NCBI GenBank assembly: GCA_003223145.1
Contig: QHXY01000039.1
Coordinates: 1-41,466 of the forward strand
DNA from: Acidobacteriota bacterium
GTDB lineage: Bacteria > Acidobacteriota > Polarisedimenticolia > Gp22-AA2
DNA: 41,466 bases
Direction: 5' to 3'
Shown here: one piece after another, positions 32,429-41,341 of the stretch
Position numbering within the stretch: position 1 is the first letter of the stretch
How the letters are laid out: each line of letters opens with the position of its first letter
Notes under the pieces: model-generated
Told to the model about the DNA's origin: nothing
Databases searched by the model: none
Seen by the model: the letters and a program-made list of their open reading frames with translations, nothing else
Made by a program: the position numbers and the translations under genes

Positions 32429-33877
32429 ATGGAGACCATCGATCCGCTGGTGCTGGACCTCTGCACCAGCGTGAGGGACGAGGGCGGCCGGGCCTTCCTG
32501 GTCGGCGGCCGGGTGCGTGACCTCGAGGCGCTGCGGCTTGGCAGACCGGCCGGCGTGCCGTACGACGGCGAGTACGACCTGGAGGTTTACCACCTTCCCG
32601 CCGACAGGCTGGCGCTCGTTCTCGGACGCTTCGGGGAGGTGAAGCTTGTCGGACAGTCGTTCGCGGTCTACAAGCTGGTGCCGCGCAGCTCTAGCGCCGG
32701 CCCGGACCTGCGGACGGAGATCGATGTCAGCCTGCCACGCCGGGATACGAAGGTCGCGTCGGGCCACCGCGGCTTCGAGATCCTCGGAGACCCCGATCTG
32801 TCCCTGAAGGAGGCAACTCGGCGCCGTGATTTCACGGTCAACGCCATGCTGTTCGACCCGCTCACCGGCGAGACGATCGATCTGTGGGGAGGCCGCGAGG
32901 ACCTGCGCGCCGGAGTCCTGCGGGCGATCGACCCGGCCACCTTCGTCGAGGACAGCCTCAGGGTGTTGCGCGCGGTGCAGCTCGCGGCGCGCCTGCGGTT
33001 TACCATCGAGCCGCTGACGGAGGATCTGTGCCGCCGGATCGATCTCTCCGATCTGCCCGCCGAGCGGATCTGGGGCGAGATTGAGAAGCTGCTGCTCCGG
33101 GCCGGGCAACCCTCGATCGGTCTGCATTGGGCCGACCGGCTCGGTGTGATCCGCAGGCTGTTCCCCGAGCTCGAGGCGCTCAAGGGCTGCCCGCAGGAAC
33201 CGGAGTGGCACCCGGAAGGTGATGTCTGGACCCACACCCTCATGGCGATCGACGTGGCGAGGAAGGAAGTCGAGGGCCTGCCGAAGGAGAAGACGCTAGC
33301 GATCCTGCTGGCGGTCCTGTGCCACGACTTCGGAAAACCCGCGACCACGGCGGTCGTGGACGGGCGGATCCGATCGTACGAGCACGAGGAGGCCGGTATC
33401 GGCCCCACGCGCTCCTTCCTCGACCGGCTGAACGTGCGCACGCTGCACGGCTACGACCTGCGCGAGCAGGTCATCCAGCTCGTGGCACATCACCTGACGC
33501 CCAGCCACTACTTCAAGAACCGCGACCGGGTCGGCGACGGCGCCTTCCGCCGCCTGGCGCGCAAGCTCGAGCCCGACCTTCTGTACAGGGTGTCGCGCGC
33601 CGACTGCCTCGGCCGCACCGGCGACTTCTCCACGGAGGCGCAGGAATGGTTCATCGGAAAGGCGCGAGCGCTGAGCGTCGAGAGCAACCCGCCGGCGCCG
33701 TTCCTGATGGGGCGTCACCTGCTGGAGATGGGTCTGCGGCCGGGGCCGGCCATCGGCCGCATCACCCGCGCGGTTTATGAGATGCAGCTCGACGGGCGGG
33801 TGACCAGCCTGGACGAGGCGAGACGCGAAGCGCTCCGGCTCATCGAGGCGGAGCGGGCGGACGGGATGCTCTCCTAG
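32429..33877 (+). CDS. cca: CCA-adding tRNA nucleotidyltransferase with an HD domain
   Basis: Contains LVGGRVRDL, RRDFTVNAM and the HD region LAVLCHDFGKP...YEHEEAG. The real gene is only the 3' part of track ORF 31271..33877. Confidence 0.85.
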   Translation: METIDPLVLDLCTSVRDEGGRAFLVGGRVRDLEALRLGRPAGVPYDGEYDLEVYHLPADRLALVLGRFGEVKLVGQSFAVYKLVPRSSSAGPDLRTEIDVSLPRRDTKVASGHRGFEILGDPDLSLKEATRRRDFTVNAMLFDPLTGETIDLWGGREDLRAGVLRAIDPATFVEDSLRVLRAVQLAARLRFTIEPLTEDLCRRIDLSDLPAERIWGEIEKLLLRAGQPSIGLHWADRLGVIRRLFPELEALKGCPQEPEWHPEGDVWTHTLMAIDVARKEVEGLPKEKTLAILLAVLCHDFGKPATTAVVDGRIRSYEHEEAGIGPTRSFLDRLNVRTLHGYDLREQVIQLVAHHLTPSHYFKNRDRVGDGAFRRLARKLEPDLLYRVSRADCLGRTGDFSTEAQEWFIGKARALSVESNPPAPFLMGRHLLEMGLRPGPAIGRITRAVYEMQLDGRVTSLDEARREALRLIEAERADGMLS

Positions 33878-35054
33878 GGACCGGCCCGGGCGCCGGGGAG
33901 GGGCCGCGCCCGCGGCGCCGCGGGGCCCGCAGCTCCTCCAGCGTCGCGTCGATGCGGTCGAGGCCGCGCCGCATGTAGTCCGCGTCGGAACCGAAGCCGA
34001 TTCTCAGATGGCGGGCCATCCCGAAGTGGTCACCGGCGCACACCAGCACCGATCTGTCGACGCGCAGCCGCTCGACCAGAGGGATCGAACCGACCGGCAG
34101 CGCGTAGCGCACGAAGGCGATGGCGCCGGCCTCGGGCGGGATGTAACCGAAGATGTCGTCGTGGGTGTGGATCCAGCGCTCCAGCACCGGGAGATTGTTC
34201 CGGATGATGACGCGCGTGCGCGCGAAGATCGCCTCGCGTCGCTTCGGGTCCATGGCGATGCGTCCCAGGTAGTCGGACAGCGTGCCGGGGGCGATCGTGG
34301 TGTAGTCGCGGTATGACCAGAGCCGCCGTACCGCGGCCGGCGGCCCGATCACCCAGCCGATCCGCAGGCCCGGCAGGCCGAACGCCTTCGACAGCCCGGA
34401 GGTGATCAGCACCCGCCCGTAGCGCCCCCAGAACGTCGGCGTGGTCCGGCCCGAGAGCTCGGCCCCCCGGTAGATCTCGTCCGCGATGATCCAGGCTCCG
34501 GCGCGGCGCGCGGCGCGCACCACCTCGTCCATCTCGGCCGCCGTCAGGACGGCCCCGGTCGGATTGTTCGGGTTAGTGACGAGGATGACGCGCGTCTTCC
34601 TGGTTACGGCCCGGCGCAGCGCCTCGATGTCGAGGGCCCAGCGCATCCGGCCTCCCTCCCGGCGTGGCGTCAGGCGAAACGCGTCGGCCCGGCCCGCGAA
34701 GGCACGCGACAGCCCCCAGGTCTGGAGATAGTTCGGGATCATGAACGCCACCCGGTCGCCGCGCTCGAGGAGCGACCAGAAGGCGGCGTAGTTCGCCTCG
34801 CTGCCGCCGTTGGTCACCAGGACCGCGTCGCGTCTCGCACCGTCGTAAAAGGCCGCGATGCGGTCCCGCAGCTCCTCGGTGCCGTTCGACTGGCTGTATC
34901 CCAACTCGCTGTCCAGGAACCGTCCGGGCCCGCCGGCCATCTCCAGGATCTCGCTGGCCCGCATCGGGCGCACGCCGCTCTCGGACAGGTTGTAGTCGAC
35001 GTAGTTCTCGTAGGTGGACTGCATCCTCTCCATGCGGAACGGCTCGATGCGCAT
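33840..35054 (-). CDS. class I/II PLP-dependent aminotransferase
   Basis: Contains NPNNPTG and SGLSKAFGLPGLRIGW (PLP Lys). ATG 35054 follows GGGAGGGGG. The upstream half of track ORF 33840..36287 is the antisense shadow of the next gene. The 3' end overlaps cca convergently by 38 nt. Confidence 0.85.
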   Translation of the reverse strand: MRIEPFRMERMQSTYENYVDYNLSESGVRPMRASEILEMAGGPGRFLDSELGYSQSNGTEELRDRIAAFYDGARRDAVLVTNGGSEANYAAFWSLLERGDRVAFMIPNYLQTWGLSRAFAGRADAFRLTPRREGGRMRWALDIEALRRAVTRKTRVILVTNPNNPTGAVLTAAEMDEVVRAARRAGAWIIADEIYRGAELSGRTTPTFWGRYGRVLITSGLSKAFGLPGLRIGWVIGPPAAVRRLWSYRDYTTIAPGTLSDYLGRIAMDPKRREAIFARTRVIIRNNLPVLERWIHTHDDIFGYIPPEAGAIAFVRYALPVGSIPLVERLRVDRSVLVCAGDHFGMARHLRIGFGSDADYMRRGLDRIDATLEELRAPRRRGRGPSPAPGPVPRRASRPPAPPR

Positions 35055-35228
35055 CAGCCCCCTCCCGGTTCGGCGCAGGATAACAGCGAGCCGCGATCCC
35101 TGTAAAGCGCGCGCCCGGACGGGCTTTTCGAGTTGACGCCCGGCCGGGCCGGTGAACTGCGCGGCGGGGCCGGGCCGCAAGCGCCCGGTGGCGCGCCCGC
35201 CGCCGGCGATGGTACTCTGGTGCCGCCG

Positions 35229-36233
35229 ATGGGCCGCACTCTGCTGATCCTGCGCGAACCGGAGATCCGTGAGCTGCTCGATCCCGCCTCCTGCCTGCAG
35301 GCCGTCGAGCAGGCGTTCACCGCCTACGCCACGGGGGGCGCCGAGCTCCCGCCGGTCATCGGTCTGGACGTTCCGGAGAGCCGGGGGGAGATCCACGTCA
35401 AGGCGGGACACCTGCGCGGCGGCCCGAACTACGCCGTCAAGATCGCCTCGGGCTTCTACGACAACCCGGCGAAGGGACTGCCCCAGAACGACGGGATGGT
35501 GCTGGTGTTCGACGCGCTGACCGGCGTCCCCGCCGCCCTCCTGCTGGACAACGGCTTCATCACCGAGCAGCGGACGGGTGCGGCGGGCGCCGTCGCGGCC
35601 AGACACCTGGCGCGACGCGACGCGTCCGTCGTGGGTGTCGTCGGGTGCGGGGGCCAGGCGCGCTACCAGCTCGCGGCCCTGGCGCTGGTGCGCCCGTTCA
35701 GCGAGGCGCGTATCTACGGCCGGCGCCCGGAGCGGGCCCGCGCCTGCGTCGAGGAGCTCGGGCGCCACCCCGGCATGCCACGTGGCTGCCGTCTGGTCGT
35801 CGCCGGGTCGGTGCGCGAGGCGGTCGCGGGGGCCGACATCGTCCTGACTGTCACTGCCAGCCGCGAGCCGCTGGTTCACGCCGGCTGGCTCTCGCCCGGG
35901 ACGCACGTCACCGCCGTCGGCTCGGACGGCCCCGACAAGCAGGAGCTGCACACGGATGTGCTGCAGCGGGCGGACCTGATCGTCGCCGACAGCAAGGCGC
36001 AATGCCTCCGGCTCGGCGAGATCCACCACGCCGTCGCCTCCGGTGCCATCCCGGAGAGCAAGATCGCGTGCGAGCTCGGGGAGATCACCGCCGGCCTCCG
36101 GCGGGGACGCGGCTCGGACGGCGAGATGACGGTATGCGACCTCACCGGCGTGGGGGTGCAGGACGTCGCAGCCGCCGCCGTCGTCCTGCAGCGAGCCCGG
36201 GCCGCCGGGATCGGCGAGACCCTCACGCTCTGA
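35229..36233 (+). CDS. ornithine cyclodeaminase / mu-crystallin family protein
   Basis: Contains GVVGCGGQARYQL (Rossmann), TAVGSDGPDKQEL and CDLTGVGVQD. Start ATG 35229 (MGRTLLIL). Confidence 0.85.
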   Translation: MGRTLLILREPEIRELLDPASCLQAVEQAFTAYATGGAELPPVIGLDVPESRGEIHVKAGHLRGGPNYAVKIASGFYDNPAKGLPQNDGMVLVFDALTGVPAALLLDNGFITEQRTGAAGAVAARHLARRDASVVGVVGCGGQARYQLAALALVRPFSEARIYGRRPERARACVEELGRHPGMPRGCRLVVAGSVREAVAGADIVLTVTASREPLVHAGWLSPGTHVTAVGSDGPDKQELHTDVLQRADLIVADSKAQCLRLGEIHHAVASGAIPESKIACELGEITAGLRRGRGSDGEMTVCDLTGVGVQDVAAAAVVLQRARAAGIGETLTL

Positions 36234-36314
36234 GGCGCCCGGGGCTCCGTGCAGCGCGCATCCGGGATTGTCCGGCGCCGACCGCACCCTCCGCGGCTCG
36301 TCGGACCCGGAGTG

Positions 36315-36320
36315 TATAAT
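36315..36320 (+). promoter_or_regulatory. consensus TATAAT -10 box 9 nt upstream of ATG 36330
   Basis: Sequence is GTGTATAATGGCCGAGCCATG, with no SD. Confidence 0.35.
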
Positions 36321-36329
36321 GGCCGAGCC

Positions 36330-36523
36330 ATGGCGCAGGAGACCGCCTTCGAGTACACCGTACGGACCCGGCAGAAGATCGACGAGACCTACACGACAAG
36401 CAGTGGGTGGGGGCGACCCCGGCGGCCGCCGCCGACTACGCCGCCCGTATCCTTACCAACTATTTCGCCAACGAGGGGATGGAAGTCATACGCCGCCACT
36501 ACCTACTGAAGGCTGGATCCTGA
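36330..36523 (+). CDS. small hypothetical protein (~64 aa) split by a 1-nt frame change
   Basis: Frame 0 gives MAQETAFEYTVRTRQKIDE, then degenerates. Frame -1 continues DLHDKQWVGATPAAAADYAARILTNYFANEGMEVIRRHYLLKAGS to TGA 36521-36523. The junction is near 36385-36392. Confidence 0.4.
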
Positions 36524-36560
36524 GGCCGCGCGGGGCCCGGGGGCGGCGCCGGGGACAACC

Positions 36561-36942
36561 GTGAGAAAGCCTTCGAGCCTGACGTTCCACGAGCGCGCCA
36601 CGCTCGGGTGGGGCAAGGTCCGCCGCTTCTATCTCGCCCACTTCCGCCCCGCCTACGTGCGCGAAAGCCTGGCCCGGCGCCTCGGGAGCTGCGACCGCAC
36701 CGGCGCCTGCTGCAACCTCATGTTCACCTGCCCGCTGCTCGATCGGCGCTCACAGCCTGTGCGCTGCACGATCCACGAGTTCAAGCCCAAGGTCTGCCCG
36801 AGACCGCGACATCCTGTCTCCGGATACCCCGTGCGGATTCTCCTTCATGCCTCGCGACAAGTTCCTCGGGCAGGACGGCGCGGCGGCCCGCGCCGCCGCC
36901 GGACGGCTCCGCGTGGAATCGATTGATCTGCCCCGAGACTAG
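36561..36942 (+). CDS. YkgJ-type cysteine-cluster (zinc/iron-chelating) protein, frame change near 36796-36800
   Basis: Contains GSCDRTGACCN...CTIHEFKPKVC. After the C-run at 36796-36798 the +1 frame reads RDRDILSPDTPCGFSFMPRDKFL... to TAG 36940-36942. The annotated frame becomes Arg/Pro junk. Confidence 0.6.
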
Positions 36943-36975
36943 CAACGTGTCCGGGCGCCCGAACCCGGGGGACCG

Positions 36976-37004
36976 TTGATCTTTGCGGTCGACTGCCCCA
37001 TATT
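36976..37004 (+). promoter_or_regulatory. possible sigma70 promoter TTGATC-N17-CATATT upstream of mglBA
   Basis: Hexamers are at 36976-36981 and 36999-37004, 72 nt before ATG 37076. Based on motif match only. Confidence 0.3.
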
Positions 37005-37075
37005 GACACGCGCCGGCATCCGTCTGTCATCGGGCTGACGCACCGGCACGGCAAGGGGAGCCGAGGATCCGCGGC

Positions 37076-37570
37076 ATGCCTGGTACCGACTTGGTTCTTC
37101 ACGAAGAAGAATTCACGAAGATCCGCGACGTCATCTCGCGCTTGCGCGCGGAGTGCAACGCCAAGGTTGTCTTCCTCGTGGACAAGAACGGTCAGCAGAT
37201 CGCGGCGATTGGCGAGCTGAGCGCCATCGACACCACGGCCCTCGCCTCGCTCGCCGCGGGGAACGTCGCCGCCACCGATTCGCTGGCGCGCCTGATCGGC
37301 GAGAAGGAGTTCTCCGTCCTGTTCCACGAGGGCGAGAGGGACAACCTGCACATCTCGGTGGTGGGCGGGCGCGTGATCCTGGTGGTCATTTTCGACGAAC
37401 GGTCGTCCCTCGGTCTGGTCCGGCTCCGGGTCAAGAAAGGATCGACGGAGCTGGCGGCCATCCTGGACGTGATGCTGAAGAAATCGGCGTCGCCGCGCAA
37501 GGCCGCGGCGGGCGGGTCTCCGTTCGCGGAGATCACCGACGAAGACATCGACAAGCTGTTCAGCGACTGA
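37076..37570 (+). CDS. mglB: Roadblock/LC7-domain protein MglB (GAP partner of MglA)
   Basis: Has the Roadblock fold pattern (AKVVFLVDKNGQQIA...ALASLAAGNVAATDSLARLIGE...ILVVIFDE) and an acidic C-terminal helix (FAEITDEDIDKLFSD). It lies immediately upstream of mglA. Confidence 0.85.
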   Translation: MPGTDLVLHEEEFTKIRDVISRLRAECNAKVVFLVDKNGQQIAAIGELSAIDTTALASLAAGNVAATDSLARLIGEKEFSVLFHEGERDNLHISVVGGRVILVVIFDERSSLGLVRLRVKKGSTELAAILDVMLKKSASPRKAAAGGSPFAEITDEDIDKLFSD

Positions 37571-37597
37571 CGTGGAGCGAGGCAGCCGGCTCATCCG

Positions 37598-38185
37598 ATG
37601 ACGTTCATCAACTACGCGGCGCGCGAGATCAACTGCAAGATCGTCTACTACGGCCCCGGCCTCGGCGGCAAGACGACCAACATCAAGTACGTCTATGAAA
37701 AGACCAACCCGAACTCCAAGGGCAAGCTGATCTCGCTCGCCACCGAGACCGACCGGACGCTGTTCTTCGACTTCCTGCCGCTCGACCTCGGCGAGATCCG
37801 CGGATTCCGCACGCGCTTCCATCTGTATACCGTGCCCGGCCAGGTGTTCTACGACGCCTCGCGCAAGCTGATCCTGAAAGGTGTCGATGGGATCGTATTC
37901 GTCGCCGATTCGCAGGCCGCCCGCATGGAGGCGAATCTCGAGAGCCTGCGCAACCTCGATCTCAACCTCAAGGAGCAGGGCTACGACCTGCGCGCCATCC
38001 CCTACGTGCTGCAGCTCAACAAGCGCGACCTCCCCTCGGCCCTGCCGGTCGAGGAGATGAAGCGGCAGCTCATCCGCAAGGGGGAGCCGGTCTTCGACGC
38101 GGTCGCCTCCAAGGGCACCGGCGTCTTCGAGACCCTGAAGACCATCGCCAAGATGGTCCTTCTCGAGCTCCGCAAGGGGCGATAG
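37598..38185 (+). CDS. mglA: Ras-like small GTPase MglA
   Basis: Starts [25 protein letters not shown] (P-loop). Also has [21 protein letters not shown] (switch II) and LQLNKRDL (NKxD). Confidence 0.92.
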   Translation: MTFINYAAREINCKIVYYGPGLGGKTTNIKYVYEKTNPNSKGKLISLATETDRTLFFDFLPLDLGEIRGFRTRFHLYTVPGQVFYDASRKLILKGVDGIVFVADSQAARMEANLESLRNLDLNLKEQGYDLRAIPYVLQLNKRDLPSALPVEEMKRQLIRKGEPVFDAVASKGTGVFETLKTIAKMVLLELRKGR

Positions 38186-38191
38186 ACCCTT

Positions 38192-41100
38192 TCAGGGCTC
38201 TTGGGGCCGCGCCGCCGCGCCCAAGCGTCGAGGGTCCTGATCGCGGGCGCCAGCGGGGGCCTGGACGCGCGACCGGCCCAGCCACTCCTGGAATCTCTCA
38301 AGATAGACGTAGACGACGGGCGTGGCGTAGAGCGTCAGCATCTGCGACAGGAGCAGCCCGCCCACGACCGCCCGGCCCAGCGGACGGCGCGACTCGGCGC
38401 CCGCGCCGAATTCCATGGCGATCGGCAGCGTCCCCATCAGCGCGGCCATCGTGGTCATCATGATCGGCCGGAAGCGGACGACGCAGGCTTCCAGGATCGC
38501 CTCCTCCGGCGTCCTGCTCCCCTGGCGCCGCGCCTCGATCGCGAAGTCGATCATCATGATGCCGTTCTTCTTGACCAGGCCGACCAGCATGATGATCCCG
38601 ACGTACGCGTAGAGCCCGATCTCCGTGTGGAAGGCGTACAGCGTCGCCAGCGCGCCGAGACCTGCGAACGGCAGCGCGGAGAGGATGGTGATGGGGTGGA
38701 TGAAGCTCTCGTAGAGGATCCCGAGCACCATGTAGATCAGCAGCACGGCGACAATCAGGAGGATGGCCAGACCGGACATGGCCGCCTGGAAAGCCTGCGC
38801 GGTCCCCTGGAACCTGGTCGTGACGCTCGGGGGCAAGATGCCTGCCGCCGCCTCGTTCACCTCCTTGACCGCGTCCCCGAGTGACACGCCCGGCTTGAGG
38901 TTGAACGAGATGGTGACCGCCGGGAGCTGGCCGAGGTGGCTCACCGACAGCGGACCCACGGTCGCCTTGAGATTGGCCACGGCGTTCAGCGGCACCAGCG
39001 CCCCGGACGACGAGCGGACGTAGAGCAGGGACAGGGCGGCCGGGTCCGTCTGGTATTGCGGCAGGAGCTGCAGGATGACCTGGTACTCGTTGTTCGGGGC
39101 ATAGATGGTGGAGATCTGCCGGGCGCCGTAGGCGTTGTAGAGGGCGTCTTCGATCTGCGCGGCCGTGACGCCGAGCGTCGCGGCCTTGTCGCGCTGGATG
39201 TCCAGCTCGACCTGCGGGTTCTTGATCTGTAGATCGCTGTTCACGTCCAGGAACCCGGGCAGCGTGCGGATCTTCGCCTCCATGAGCGGCGCGACGCGGT
39301 ACAGCTCGTCGGTGTTCGCGCCCTGCAGGGTGTACTGGTACAGGCTCTTGGTGAGACTTCCGCCGATGCGAATGGAGGGCGGGACCTGCGGGTAGGCCCG
39401 CATCCCCGGCACCTGCGACAGCTTCGACCGCAGCGACAGGATCAGGTCCTGAATCGGGCCCCGCTCCCGGCGCGGCTTGAGACGCATGAACAGGAGACCG
39501 TTGTTGCTGCTGGCGATCCCCCGGGCTCCGGCGCTGGAAAAGAACGCCTCGACCGCCGGCTCCTTCTGGACGATCGCCGCCAGCGCCTTCTGGTGCTCGA
39601 CCATCGAGTCGAAGGAGATCCCCTCCGCCGCCTCGGTGAACACAAAAACCTGCGAGTTGTCCTCCTCGGAAAAGAGTCCGAACGGGCTGATGCGGAAGAA
39701 CACCACGGTCAGGACGACGACCAGCCCCAGGCCCAGGAGGTTCACCCACTTGTGCCGCAGCGACCAGGCGAGGCTCGCCCGGTAAAGATTCAGCGAGCCC
39801 TCGAAGAATTCCTCGATCTTCTGATAGAGCCATCCATGCTGCTCCGAAGTGGCGTGCCGCAGGAAACGGCTGCAGAGCATCGGCGTCAGGCTCAGCGACA
39901 CGAAGCCGGAGACCAGGATCGCGGTGCCGATCGTCACGGCGAACTCGTGGAAGATCCTGCCGATGAGCCCGGGCATGAACAGGACCGGGATGAACACCGC
40001 CGCCAGCGACACGGTCATCGACAGGATGGTGAAGCCGATCTCCTTCGACCCGGTCAGGGCGGCCTGCAGCGGCGGCTCACCCATCTCCATATGCCGCACG
40101 ATGTTCTCGAGCATGACGATGGCGTCGTCCACCACGAAGCCGACGGACAGGGTCAGCGCCATCAGGGAAAGGTTGTCGAGGTTGTAGCCCAGGTAGTACA
40201 TGACGGCGAAGGTCCCGACGATCGAGAACGGCAGCGCCAGGCTCGGGATGACGGTGGCCGACAGATTGCGCAGGAACAGGAAGATCACCATGACGACGAG
40301 GGCCAGCGTCAGGAGCAGCGTGAACTTGACATCGCTCACCGAGTCCTGGATCGACACCGATCGATCGAACAGGACGTTCAGGGACACGGAGGACGGCAGC
40401 TCGTTGCGGAAGGTCGGCAGCAAAGCGCGAACCGCCCGGGCGATCTCGACCGTGTTCGTGCCCGGCTGTCTCTGCACCGCCAGGATGATTCCCCGCGTCA
40501 TCGCTTCGGACGTGCAGTACCAGGCGGCGGTCTTGTCGTTCTCGACGCTGTCGATCACCCTGCCCAGCTCCCGCAGACGGACGGGGGAGCCGTCGCGGTA
40601 CGCGACGATGAGCGGCAGGTACTCCGCGGCCTCCGTCAGCTGGCCGTTGGCCTCGACGGTGAACGCCTTGTTGGCGCCGTACAGCGTCCCGGTCGGCAGG
40701 TTGACGTTCTGTCTCTGGATGGCCTGCGACACCTCGTCGATGCCGATGCCGCGCGCCGCGAGGGCGCGCGGGTCGACCTGCACGCGCACCGCGTACTTCT
40801 GCGATCCGAAGACCTGGACCTGCGCCACGCCGCTGATCGTGGAGATGCGCTGCGCCATGTTCGTCTCGCCGTACTCGTCCAGCGTGTAGAGCGGCAGCGT
40901 CGGCGAGGTGAGAGCGATGTAGATGATCGGCTGGTCGGCCGGATTGACCTTCTGGTACACGGGCGGGCTCGGCATGTCCCTCGGGAGCTGGGAGGCGGTC
41001 TTGGCGATCGCCGACTGGACGTCCTGGGCGGCGGCGTCGAGCTGTCGGCTGAGATTGAACTGCAGCGTCACCTGCGTCGACCCCAGCGCGCTCGTCGAGG

Positions 41101-41341
41101 TCATCGAATCGAGCCCGGCGATGGTCGTGAACTGCCGCTCGAGCGGCGTCGCGACCGCGGCGGCCATCGTCTCGGGGCTGGCGCCGGGGAGGGTGGCCGT
41201 GACCTGGATGGTCGGGAAGTCGACGTTCGGCAGGTCGCTTACCGGGAGCTGCAGGTAGGCCATCGCCCCGAAGATGAGAATTCCGAGCATGACGAGGGTC
41301 GTCATGACCGGTCTGCGGATGAACAGATCCGAGAGGTTCAC
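38192..41341 (-). CDS. RND efflux transporter permease (AcrB/MdtB/MdtC type, 1049 aa)
   Basis: Starts MNLSDLFIRRPVMTTLVMLGILIFG, has 12-TM RND architecture and VVDDAIVMLENI. The GTG start overlaps the upstream stop. Confidence 0.92.
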   Translation of the reverse strand: MNLSDLFIRRPVMTTLVMLGILIFGAMAYLQLPVSDLPNVDFPTIQVTATLPGASPETMAAAVATPLERQFTTIAGLDSMTSTSALGSTQVTLQFNLSRQLDAAAQDVQSAIAKTASQLPRDMPSPPVYQKVNPADQPIIYIALTSPTLPLYTLDEYGETNMAQRISTISGVAQVQVFGSQKYAVRVQVDPRALAARGIGIDEVSQAIQRQNVNLPTGTLYGANKAFTVEANGQLTEAAEYLPLIVAYRDGSPVRLRELGRVIDSVENDKTAAWYCTSEAMTRGIILAVQRQPGTNTVEIARAVRALLPTFRNELPSSVSLNVLFDRSVSIQDSVSDVKFTLLLTLALVVMVIFLFLRNLSATVIPSLALPFSIVGTFAVMYYLGYNLDNLSLMALTLSVGFVVDDAIVMLENIVRHMEMGEPPLQAALTGSKEIGFTILSMTVSLAAVFIPVLFMPGLIGRIFHEFAVTIGTAILVSGFVSLSLTPMLCSRFLRHATSEQHGWLYQKIEEFFEGSLNLYRASLAWSLRHKWVNLLGLGLVVVLTVVFFRISPFGLFSEEDNSQVFVFTEAAEGISFDSMVEHQKALAAIVQKEPAVEAFFSSAGARGIASSNNGLLFMRLKPRRERGPIQDLILSLRSKLSQVPGMRAYPQVPPSIRIGGSLTKSLYQYTLQGANTDELYRVAPLMEAKIRTLPGFLDVNSDLQIKNPQVELDIQRDKAATLGVTAAQIEDALYNAYGARQISTIYAPNNEYQVILQLLPQYQTDPAALSLLYVRSSSGALVPLNAVANLKATVGPLSVSHLGQLPAVTISFNLKPGVSLGDAVKEVNEAAAGILPPSVTTRFQGTAQAFQAAMSGLAILLIVAVLLIYMVLGILYESFIHPITILSALPFAGLGALATLYAFHTEIGLYAYVGIIMLVGLVKKNGIMMIDFAIEARRQGSRTPEEAILEACVVRFRPIMMTTMAALMGTLPIAMEFGAGAESRRPLGRAVVGGLLLSQMLTLYATPVVYVYLERFQEWLGRSRVQAPAGARDQDPRRLGAAARPQEP

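Noticed and set aside
33840-36287. Composite track ORFs whose 5' parts look like large N-terminal extensions: 33840..36287 (815 aa), 31271..33877 (868 aa), 12792..14819 (675 aa), 11427..12650, 25067..26959, 20078..20932, 5727..6083.
   Set aside because: Only the 3' portions have protein-like sequence, an SD and a sensible signal peptide or N-terminus. The upstream parts are shadows of neighbouring genes or Arg-rich junk. Starts were moved to 35054, 32429, 13842, 12350, 26809, 20728 and 5817.
36385-36395. Programmed ribosomal frameshifting in the small ORF, and likewise in chrA, the YkgJ-type gene and the CRTAC1 gene.
   Set aside because: I could find no slippery X-XXY-YYZ heptamers and no downstream pseudoknot or hairpin at the junctions. 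The number of such breaks in one window points to indel errors.
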